The notes beneath the pieces were generated by a model, which saw nothing but the letters and a program-made list of their open reading frames with translations, had not been told where the DNA came from and ran no database searches. From Spirochaetia bacterium (GTDB lineage Bacteria; Spirochaetota; Spirochaetia; CADAEX01), in assembly GCA_963662795.1 (NCBI GenBank), contig OY759746.1, positions 2,503,817 to 2,567,816 on the forward strand: a stretch of 64,000 nt of DNA. The letters are read 5' to 3'. Both the position numbers and the translations under genes were made by a program. Shown one piece after another: positions 50,401 through 57,662 of the stretch (position 1 is the stretch's first letter; each line of letters begins with the position of its first letter).

Positions 50401-52540
50401 CAGTGTATGTGAATGAGAGCGCTGTTGTGCCTGAACCGGATGGGTCGTCTAATCCTATATTTTTGTTTCCAGGTGAAAGCGCAAGTGTGAGATAGGGCGT
50501 TCCTGTGACTGTCACAGCTTCTGAGAAATTAACCTTAATGGGTATTTCAGTTCCGGCAGGGTATGTACCAGTCTCTGTGGTTGTTGTAACGTTTGAGACT
50601 GTCGGTGGCATTGTATCTTTAAAAAAGTTCCGGGCAGCGATATCTGATACATTACCTGCCGTATCAGTTGCACGTATTCCAACCGTGAAAGGTCCGGATG
50701 AAAGCCCGTCGAAAGAGGTGATCGAATCAATCGAATTACCGCTCGCAAAAGGCTGCCAGCTGCCTGAATTAATTTGCACTTCAACTGTTCCTTCGCTTCC
50801 TGTAAAGCTGATGTCCTGAGTTCCATTCACATAAGCGCCGTTTGCGGGTGATGATATGGTGATTACCGGTTTTTCAGTATCTTTAGTGATTTCAAGCTGT
50901 GCGCTTAGTCCGCCTGGGTTGCCGGCTTTATCTGTAACTCGTGCTGTGATTTGTTTTGTCCCGTCTGTTCCAAAAGTCGCTGAGTTGAGAGTAAATATAT
51001 AATTGCCGGTAACCTCAGCAGCAGTCAATGTGTCTGACATCTTGACTGCTCCGTCGATCAGCAGGCTTATCGTGTCATCTTCTACCGCACCGCTTGATGC
51101 GAGAGGAGCTGTAATTGTCATGCTTGTCGTGTTTATATTTAAATATGATTCTGATTTGGTAAGGGTTTCCGGAGTTCCAGGCGGAATGGAATCATAAACT
51201 ACTTCAGCCGTTAAAGCTGTTAAGCTCACATTTCCTGCCTTGTCATAGGCTGCAATTGTTATTGTATTGTTGCCTTGTGCTGCAGGGGTGATATCTGTGA
51301 AAACCCCGTTAGTAGATGGATCCACAACACCTGATGCACCTGCTGTAACCTTATATTCTTTGATTCCCGAAAGTCCGTTGTCTGCACCTGAAACTGTGAA
51401 AGAAAGCGGTGAATTTGTTAATGCAGCTGGTGGCGACGGAGTAAAAGCCGGTGTATCCGGAGGCTGCCTGTCTAGTATAATGTTTGCTGTTTTTGTGAGT
51501 GATGGATTGTTTGATGGATCATATACAATAACAGAAATTGTTCTATTCCCGTCAATATCAGGCAGTGTAACAGGAATATTGTTTGTATGTGTATTGTTAT
51601 AAAGAGTGTTGTCAAATTCGTCTTTGATAAGAGCCTTCAGTTCGGTTGAACCGCTGTTATCTCCTACTTCGAAATTTAAAAGAATATTTCGTGAGTTTGT
51701 CGGATTATTGACTGGAAGAGCTGTACCGCTTTCATTCTTAACCGTAATGTCCAAAACTGTAGGAGGTTCTGTATCTTTTAGTTTACTGGTAACAAAGCGG
51801 ACTGTTTTACCTGCAGTCATTGTATTACCATTGAGATCCTCAATTTGTTGAAGAATTGTTACAAAAATCTCATAGTATGCATCGGTTGTTCCGAGAAAAT
51901 TATCTGATTTTAAATTTAGAGTTAATACAGAACCATCAAGGACCGGATCCTCAAAAAAAGAATTAATGGGATCAGGATCACTAGATGACCCGCTTAACCG
52001 GCGTTGTATAATGATGTTGCTCTGGGTTGCAGTATTTATATCAACCGGCCTGGAAAAAGTAATTTTTATCGGTCTAGTGATAATTACTTCCTGTTCGTTA
52101 TCATAAGGAGCTGTAGAAACAACGTACGGTCTTGTGTCAAACATTGCACGAATTTCAAGATTGGAAGTTTTTTTATTTACTGTGGCAGTTGTTTCTTTGC
52201 TTGCCGCGTTTGTGAATGTTATATCACCGGAATTTCCGCCGATCTGCATCCAGTTTAAAAAAGCGAATTCGCTGTTTGTAGTTGTTGTTATATTAAAAGG
52301 AACGCCGACTTTTACAATTGCTGCCCCGAGCGGGCTTGTTGTTCCCATACTGTCGCTTTCAGCGCGGACAGTTATTGTAACCTCTTCCGCATTGGCAATC
52401 AGAACTTCATCTTCTATTGCCGCCTTGAGGTCATCATCCCCTGACATGAAATTATTGCAGCTGCTGATGAAGCTGATTAAAAGGAATGCTGTTATTAAAA
52501 AAGCTATTAGAGCCTTTTGATTTCTAATGCGTTTTATCAT
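47495..52540 (-). CDS. giant (1681 aa) surface lipoprotein with Ig-like/SbsA-like domains, five near-identical tandem repeats and a C-terminal TM anchor
   Basis: Lipobox LISFISSC. Multiple beta-sandwich-like modules (D..PP.. boundaries). The C-terminal hydrophobic helix IALMALLFSTGIMICAYLYF is followed by RRKYLIKRDEK. Confidence 0.8.
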   Translation of the reverse strand: MIKRIRNQKALIAFLITAFLLISFISSCNNFMSGDDDLKAAIEDEVLIANAEEVTITVRAESDSMGTTSPLGAAIVKVGVPFNITTTTNSEFAFLNWMQIGGNSGDITFTNAASKETTATVNKKTSNLEIRAMFDTRPYVVSTAPYDNEQEVIITRPIKITFSRPVDINTATQSNIIIQRRLSGSSSDPDPINSFFEDPVLDGSVLTLNLKSDNFLGTTDAYYEIFVTILQQIEDLNGNTMTAGKTVRFVTSKLKDTEPPTVLDITVKNESGTALPVNNPTNSRNILLNFEVGDNSGSTELKALIKDEFDNTLYNNTHTNNIPVTLPDIDGNRTISVIVYDPSNNPSLTKTANIILDRQPPDTPAFTPSPPAALTNSPLSFTVSGADNGLSGIKEYKVTAGASGVVDPSTNGVFTDITPAAQGNNTITIAAYDKAGNVSLTALTAEVVYDSIPPGTPETLTKSESYLNINTTSMTITAPLASSGAVEDDTISLLIDGAVKMSDTLTAAEVTGNYIFTLNSATFGTDGTKQITARVTDKAGNPGGLSAQLEITKDTEKPVITISSPANGAYVNGTQDISFTGSEGTVEVQINSGSWQPFASGNSIDSITSFDGLSSGPFTVGIRATDTAGNVSDIAARNFFKDTMPPTVSNVTTTTETGTYPAGTEIPIKVNFSEAVTVTGTPYLTLALSPGNKNIGLDDPSGSGTTALSFTYTVAAGDTSADLNYASTSALVLNGGTIKDTAGNNATLTLPALASAESLGGTTKNIVIDAVLPTVSSVTTTKESGSYPAGTEIPITVNFSKAVTVTGTPYLTLALSSGNKNIGLDDPSGSGTTALSFTYTVAAGDTSADLNYASTSALVLNGGTIKDSIGNNATLTLPALASAESLGGTTKNIVIDAVLPTVSSVTTTKESGSYPAGTEIPITVNFSKAVTVTGTPYLTLALSSGNKNIGLDDPSGSGTTALSFTYTVAAGDTSADLNYASTSALVLNGGTIKDSIGNNANLTLPALDSDESLGGTTKNIKIDTTAPTVSSVTTTKESGSYPAGTEIPITVNFPEAVTVTGTPYLTLALSSGNKNIGLDDPSGSGTTALSFTYTVAAGDTSADLNYASTSALVLNGGTIKDTAGNNANLTLPALDSDESLGGTTKNIKIDTTAPTVSNVTTTTETGTYPAGTEIPIKVNFPEAVTVTGTPYLTLALSSGNKNISYTSGSDTSALTFSYTVAAGDTTSDLNYASTAALVLNGGTIKDAASNNANLALPALDSDESLGGTTKDIIIEGILPTLTGTFVFTNPSTATLTSVPVTSLTVADTTSLSAYIVTIETTAPAYSAETWETLTGTSQTLTSVNLASATTDGADKAFYLYVRDSAGNVTKSNSATITVDTTAPEINTGASSPSASSANNKLTITLSSAEVSGIRIIYYWPGTGTKAQAITDGTVKTYTHATAVKTGSLTTTTALDVSVQEQTFRFSVADDLGNETSNGYQMTWDTDDWTYGGAASRSAGYTENSITTSISDYTSASVRNATTRYSKHRVSQVETTEPYSGITQNQVKSTTSRKAVKSTVQVAGYQFDSGVKGVQTVSSVNTAPENAEASVGMNKTTQGTGENVSAVNEIIQVSSPEHAASIPETEKTVFNKKMTVSETPEISAAEYFKNHIALMALLFSTGIMICAYLYFRRKYLIKRDEK
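48704..50605 (-). repeat. five tandem coding repeats of about 381 bp (127 aa; the last copy is 375 bp)
   Basis: The string GTGTATGTGA recurs at 49260, 49641, 50022 and 50403, a period of exactly 381. A diverged copy lies near 48885. Adjacent copies are nearly identical over hundreds of bp. Confidence 0.95.
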
Positions 52541-55520
52541 AATCTGTTACTTCTCTTTTATTTATTATAGTCTTTTTTTTCTCAGCTTTCCTGTTTTTTG
52601 ATTTTAACTTCTTTCTCAGGATGCGAAGCCTGGCGCGCACAAAAACAGCAGTCCCAGCTGCTGCGGCCGCTATGAACGCCATCAGCGCAATGAAAGGAGC
52701 GGCTTTTGACGGAGATTCTGTTTTTACAGTCTCAGTTGATTCCGGTACCGGTACTGCAGGCACTGGCGCGGCAGGTAATTCTTCGATAACCGGGGCCTCA
52801 TCAACAGGATCTTCTTTTACAGAAGAGGGCTTTGGCAGAACAGGTTTAATAGCAGGGGCTGGCGGTTTTTTAATCTCTTCACTCTCTAAAATACCAGGGC
52901 TGATTTCTGAACCGCGCAATCCTGCTGATAGACCTTCTGTTTCCGGAATATCCGATAAAGCAAGTTCCATTGGGGCAGTCGGTGTCTCAACCGGTAAGAT
53001 TTCTTTTGGCTCGGTTTCCGGCCCTGCCTCAGCTGTTTCTATAACCCTGTCCGCCTTGTCATCGGTCGTTTTTTCATTAACTTCAGGGGCGATATTTTCT
53101 ATTACAGCAACGGAAACCTCAGCCTCCGGTACGGCAATAGCAGGTGCTGCTTCCGGTTTTTCTTCAGCGGCTAAAACAGGTTCAAGAGCCGGCTGTTCAG
53201 CTGCATCAGGTATCTTCGCAAGGTTATTGTTACCTTCTCCTGTAACAGACAGCATTGAAGAAAGTCCCGCGTTTCCGTTAAGAGGAAAATCTTCAGCAGG
53301 TGCTGTTTCCGGTTCATCAGCCGGACTCTCCGGCACCTTTTCCTGAGGATCGGGTTCTTCAGGCTGCACAGCAGGTTCCGATTTTTTTCCCGTGCTTATA
53401 GTTTCTGCAGGAGCTGCGGGAGGAAGGCTCCATTCTGTGGTGGAAAGCCGGTCTGCCAGCGACCAGGCCCTTCCCCTGGTATCAAAAAAGGACCCGAGAT
53501 AGGCATATTTCCTGGAAAGCGGTGCATCCTGTTTCTGGAGCGAAGCATACATTGCATCGGAGTTTCCGAAATCATCAAGTTCATAATTGCATCTTGCGGC
53601 TCCAAGCAGCGCAAGAGAATTGTTTTTGTCAATTGAAAGAACATAATTGTAGTATGTAAGAGCTTCATCGTATTTCTGCTCAATAAACAGTATGTTCCCG
53701 AGGTTTGTCCATGCGTTCATATCCTTGCCGCGGGCAGCTTTGGTGAATTCTGTTTTAGCCTGCAGTATCATTCCGTATTTCCCGTATAAAACGCCTAGCT
53801 TATTGCGGTTTTTAGGTGTATCGGAAACTGCGAGCAGTTCCTCGTAATGCCTTATCTGGGGACGGATCTCCCGCTCTGCATAATTGTTAAGTGTTTTATC
53901 AAAGGCAATCGCGGTTTTTGTCTCATCAGGCAGACTGAATCTGGAAACAGCTCCAGGAATACTTACAGGCTTATATATTTTCCAGGATTCCTTCATCGGC
54001 AGAATATTGGCAGTACCTCTTGAATCGGCATCATTCCATTCTTTGGCTCCGATTCTCCATGCTTTATTAAAGTCTTCTTTGATAAGTGTAATTTCAACCG
54101 GGACCCATGCTGTCCCGTCATGATAAATCAGAAGCTCCGGAGCATAAAAAGACTCCTTTGCTTCAGTTTCTGTCATTCCGGAGGAAAATGCCATAAAGAT
54201 ATGGCCGGGTATTGTTATAAATGCAGTATCAATACCGATTGCTTCAAGCAGTGAGCTGTACAATATCGATAGATCGTCACAGTCTCCCCCGCGGTACATC
54301 AGGGTCTGATAGGGATACTGCAGAAAGTCTATCGCAGTGCTGTTATCGGCGATTTCCGCGTATGAGCTTGAAGGGTCAATAACATAATTAGTTCCGTAGA
54401 TATCAAGAGCTTCAAAAATACCCATGGCATACTGCATATTTTTGTTTAAACCCATCCGGAAGCGGTCATTTACAATGCTTGAGACATACTTTGAGAACCA
54501 TAATGCGGCAGGATCTTTCGAAGATACAAATGCCGCAGCTCTCCTGTCATCTTCCCACGACATGGCATTTCGGTGAAAAACATTCATGGTTACCGGTATT
54601 TCAGCTTTCTGTTTTGCTCCAAGTCTTCTGTACTCAACAATAATCTTCGCCTGGGCATTAAGCGGTTCGCTTAACTCAAGCATTGTTTCCTTAAAAAAGG
54701 CGGAAACCGGAACATCAAAGGATTCCCCCGGCTTCAGGCTCTCAAAGCTTGAACATTCTTTCGGCTGTCCCATATACTGCTCAAGATAGAATGATGTTTT
54801 TACATCTGTAATTGTATTTTTTTCATTATTTGTAATTTTTATAATTGAGAACGGATTATCATCATACCATGAATACAATACAGGGAAAACAGGCTCCTGT
54901 TCCTCTTTTTCCGCGCTAATATTCCTTTCCCGGGAAAGAGCTTCCTTCAGGTTGATGGATATGCCTACTCCGATACTTAAGGAATTCATGAAGGGTTCCG
55001 GTGTATATGCATAATGCCTGTATGCTCCATATACTGATGTGCTTAATACAGGGGAGACATGATAGGTACCCTCAATTCTTGTCCCGGCTGATATTCCTGA
55101 TATTGAAGTTTCATTTCTACTGACTGAATAAATGCCGGTCATCAAATCAGTTCTCAGAGTCAGCCGGTCATTCATCTGCCAAAGCAGTCCGGCTCCGATG
55201 CTTCCGTCCGTTAAAGCAAGAGGTTCAATATTCTCAAGGCCTATGTTGACATATTCCCCCTGGGCAAAAATACTTAAAAACGGGAGCGGTGTAAAATCAA
55301 AGGCCGCAGACGCGCCCATACCGGGCTTAAATACAGGATCATTGACTGGGAAATAATAACCGGGATAAATCCTTACGCCTGTTGAAGATGAGTCTGCTGT
55401 AAGCAGGGGTGAAGAATATATGCAGATAAGCAGAAAAATAATAAGGCAATATTTTGATTTTTTCAGAGATTCTGTCATATCGGCAGGTAATAATTTATTT
55501 AACCGTTTCAGGGAAATCAT
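52524..55520 (-). CDS. envelope protein: beta-barrel-like N-domain, beta-sandwich, transglutaminase-like core (Cys-His intact), TPRs, Pro/Glu/Ala-rich spacer, C-terminal TM
   Basis: GGDCDDLSILYSSLLEAIGI...IPGHIFMAF...WVPVE core, TPR-like repeats, and a C-terminal helix FIALMAFIAAAAAGTAVFV followed by a basic tail. Start moved to ATG 55520 (AGGAG 13 nt upstream). ATG 55478 is also possible. Confidence 0.7.
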   Translation of the reverse strand: MISLKRLNKLLPADMTESLKKSKYCLIIFLLICIYSSPLLTADSSSTGVRIYPGYYFPVNDPVFKPGMGASAAFDFTPLPFLSIFAQGEYVNIGLENIEPLALTDGSIGAGLLWQMNDRLTLRTDLMTGIYSVSRNETSISGISAGTRIEGTYHVSPVLSTSVYGAYRHYAYTPEPFMNSLSIGVGISINLKEALSRERNISAEKEEQEPVFPVLYSWYDDNPFSIIKITNNEKNTITDVKTSFYLEQYMGQPKECSSFESLKPGESFDVPVSAFFKETMLELSEPLNAQAKIIVEYRRLGAKQKAEIPVTMNVFHRNAMSWEDDRRAAAFVSSKDPAALWFSKYVSSIVNDRFRMGLNKNMQYAMGIFEALDIYGTNYVIDPSSSYAEIADNSTAIDFLQYPYQTLMYRGGDCDDLSILYSSLLEAIGIDTAFITIPGHIFMAFSSGMTETEAKESFYAPELLIYHDGTAWVPVEITLIKEDFNKAWRIGAKEWNDADSRGTANILPMKESWKIYKPVSIPGAVSRFSLPDETKTAIAFDKTLNNYAEREIRPQIRHYEELLAVSDTPKNRNKLGVLYGKYGMILQAKTEFTKAARGKDMNAWTNLGNILFIEQKYDEALTYYNYVLSIDKNNSLALLGAARCNYELDDFGNSDAMYASLQKQDAPLSRKYAYLGSFFDTRGRAWSLADRLSTTEWSLPPAAPAETISTGKKSEPAVQPEEPDPQEKVPESPADEPETAPAEDFPLNGNAGLSSMLSVTGEGNNNLAKIPDAAEQPALEPVLAAEEKPEAAPAIAVPEAEVSVAVIENIAPEVNEKTTDDKADRVIETAEAGPETEPKEILPVETPTAPMELALSDIPETEGLSAGLRGSEISPGILESEEIKKPPAPAIKPVLPKPSSVKEDPVDEAPVIEELPAAPVPAVPVPESTETVKTESPSKAAPFIALMAFIAAAAAGTAVFVRARLRILRKKLKSKNRKAEKKKTIINKREVTDYDKTH

Positions 55521-55548
55521 ATGAAAAATACTTCTCCTGTTCCTCTCT

Positions 55549-57450
55549 CTATTCGGCAAGCTGGGATTGCATTCTGTTAAAACCGCTTTGAGCGGCCCTG
55601 TTGTCAGGTTCAATTTCAAGCGCTTTTTCAAACCAGCCGAGTGCTTCTTTATAATTACGCTGCAGTATTTCGATGTTTCCGAGATTTGTCATTGCCGCGG
55701 CTGAATCAAGTTCCGCAGATTTGATGAATTCCGCTTTTGCTTCATTATACAATCCTGCCCTTACATATAACAAGCCCAGTTTATTGTAAAGAACAACTGA
55801 TCCTCCGCTATTGCGAATTTCATTTTGCACATCTTTTATTCTTGGACCGAATTCTGCAGCAATGTATCTTAAGAAACTTGTTTCAACAGCTTTTTCTACA
55901 ACTGAGGCCGCCGGCTTCTGGAAAGCGGCTTCATTCCCTGTAATTCCGGACGGCGGATACGTTTTCCAGGCTTCCTGAAGCACTACAAAGTCAACCGGTC
56001 TGCCGCTGTTGATGGCTCTGGAAAGGTTATTTACAGCAGTATACCAGCTGTTGATAAAACCCTCACGCAGGACAGATAAAGACAGGGGCATCCATATTTC
56101 GTTCCCGATGGTAAGTAAATTATCAGTATTGTTAAAAAGTGCTACGGCCTGTTCCTGTGTGATATCGAGTGAAAAAGCTGTAATAAAATCATTATCAAGA
56201 GGAATCAGGGCTGTTTTTATTCCCACAGATTCAAGCGCGGCTGCGAAAAGTATTCCAAGATCATCATAATCCCCAAGCTTGTAGGAAAGTGTCTGGAATG
56301 GATATTGTATATAGTCAAGCAGTGCCGGGTCTTTGTGGAAAACTGTGTAGGGGGTTGTGTCATCTTTGGATGTGGTAATGCCGCCTGTATTAAGCCCCTC
56401 AAGCAGATACATGGCAAACTGCATGTTCCGGTTAAGGCCGCTTCGCAGATTGTTCCTCGCTATTCCCACAATATATTTTGAATAATCCATTACTTCAGGT
56501 GAATTGGGTGAAATGAATGAGGCAAGGACATCTGTACTGGTCCACCTGACCGAGTTTCGGTTATACACCGGGATAACCAGCGTTTGAAATGCAGTGCGTT
56601 CTGCTCCAAGAAGTTCGTATTTTATAACCAGTTCGCCCGGAATCATCCCGTTTTCCGTGAAGTTCTGTATGGTCTCCATAAAGTCGGCATAAAGCGGTAT
56701 TTTTGCTGTTTCCTTCTTTTTTAGTAACTCTTTTGTACCGCAGGCCATGAGGGAAGAGGTATAGTTTTCAGCCCTGAAACTTACAGATACATTGCGTATT
56801 TCGGCGGATTCATTATTGACGATTTCAATCGTACCTATTTTGTTGGTTTTATACATGCTGTAAAGGAGAGGGAATACCGGTTCCTGTTGTTCAAGTGTTA
56901 CTCCCACATTTCCGGCTGCTGTATCTGTGTCAAATGAAAGCCTGGCCGAGAGACCTAAAACTATTCCGGTATACATCGGCTCCTGTGAAGCAGTAAAATT
57001 TATATATCCTGCCCCGGCAGAGAAAACCAGGGTGGGGGACATCCTGAACCCTGCTTCCCCATATAATTTCCACCAGAGATCGCTGTATGAAAGTTCGTTG
57101 TATGTGAACTGGTACAAACCTCCGGACACGCCGAACAGCAGGGCAAGCCTCGAAAGCGGATAGGAAAACACGCTTGCATTAATCCCTGCTGAAGTGAAAT
57201 TGGGATATGTTCCGGTATTTAACAGAGGAGTCACATAATAGCTGAATTCAGGACCAAAAGCCAGAAGGTCGAATAACTGTACATCGGTGTTCAGGCATAC
57301 TCCGCCGCCGGGCGAAAAATATCGGGTTGTCTCATCGCCGACAGGAAAAATTGCGGTCGGGGTTGCTTTTATGTCAAAATCCAATGAATATATTTCGCCT
57401 GCTGACAGAAGCAGCAGAAAAAAACATAGAACACTGCCTGATAACTTCAC
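55549..57450 (-). CDS. envelope protein paralogous to 52524-55520, with a degenerate transglutaminase-like core, plus TPRs
   Basis: Signal peptide MKLSGSVLCFFLLLLSAGEIYS and the same domain order as its neighbour, but GDYDD / NDFITAF / WMPLS at the catalytic positions. GTG start with AAGAGG upstream. Confidence 0.7.
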   Translation of the reverse strand: MKLSGSVLCFFLLLLSAGEIYSLDFDIKATPTAIFPVGDETTRYFSPGGGVCLNTDVQLFDLLAFGPEFSYYVTPLLNTGTYPNFTSAGINASVFSYPLSRLALLFGVSGGLYQFTYNELSYSDLWWKLYGEAGFRMSPTLVFSAGAGYINFTASQEPMYTGIVLGLSARLSFDTDTAAGNVGVTLEQQEPVFPLLYSMYKTNKIGTIEIVNNESAEIRNVSVSFRAENYTSSLMACGTKELLKKKETAKIPLYADFMETIQNFTENGMIPGELVIKYELLGAERTAFQTLVIPVYNRNSVRWTSTDVLASFISPNSPEVMDYSKYIVGIARNNLRSGLNRNMQFAMYLLEGLNTGGITTSKDDTTPYTVFHKDPALLDYIQYPFQTLSYKLGDYDDLGILFAAALESVGIKTALIPLDNDFITAFSLDITQEQAVALFNNTDNLLTIGNEIWMPLSLSVLREGFINSWYTAVNNLSRAINSGRPVDFVVLQEAWKTYPPSGITGNEAAFQKPAASVVEKAVETSFLRYIAAEFGPRIKDVQNEIRNSGGSVVLYNKLGLLYVRAGLYNEAKAEFIKSAELDSAAAMTNLGNIEILQRNYKEALGWFEKALEIEPDNRAAQSGFNRMQSQLAE

Positions 57451-57469
57451 GGTTACCTCTTTAATTGTG

Positions 57470-57507
57470 ATTATAATTAATCAATGATTTTTCATCAATT
57501 GATTAAT
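57470..57507 (-). promoter_or_regulatory. candidate promoter (TTGATG-N17-TATAAT on the minus strand) overlapped by the perfect inverted repeat ATTAATCAAT-N12-ATTGATTAAT
   Basis: rc of 57470-57475 is TATAAT and rc of 57493-57498 is TTGATG. The repeat arms are 57476-57485 and 57498-57507. Confidence 0.4.
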
Positions 57508-57662
57508 AAAAAACCGGATTATGTAATTATATCATTAATTTGTGCGGCATAAAAATATTTTTTATTTTTGTATTAAGGTTTAATAGGATAAAATACAGTG
57601 CCGCATCAGATGATACTGATTTTTATTCTCTTCCGATGCGGTTGTTAAGAGGCGTATAACTT

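Noticed and set aside
48704-50605. Regular 381-bp repeats, considered as a CRISPR array, satellite or mobile element.
   Set aside because: The repeats are in-frame coding units of one long ORF with no spacers. The period is far larger than CRISPR repeats, and no cas or transposase genes are present.
55521-55631. N-terminal extension of the 1035-aa ORF, overlapping the upstream paralogue by 83 nt.
   Set aside because: The extension has no signal-peptide character. ATG at 55520 has an upstream AGGAG, and the hydrophobic signal sequence follows ATG 55478. The long overlap is most likely an artefact of longest-ORF calling.
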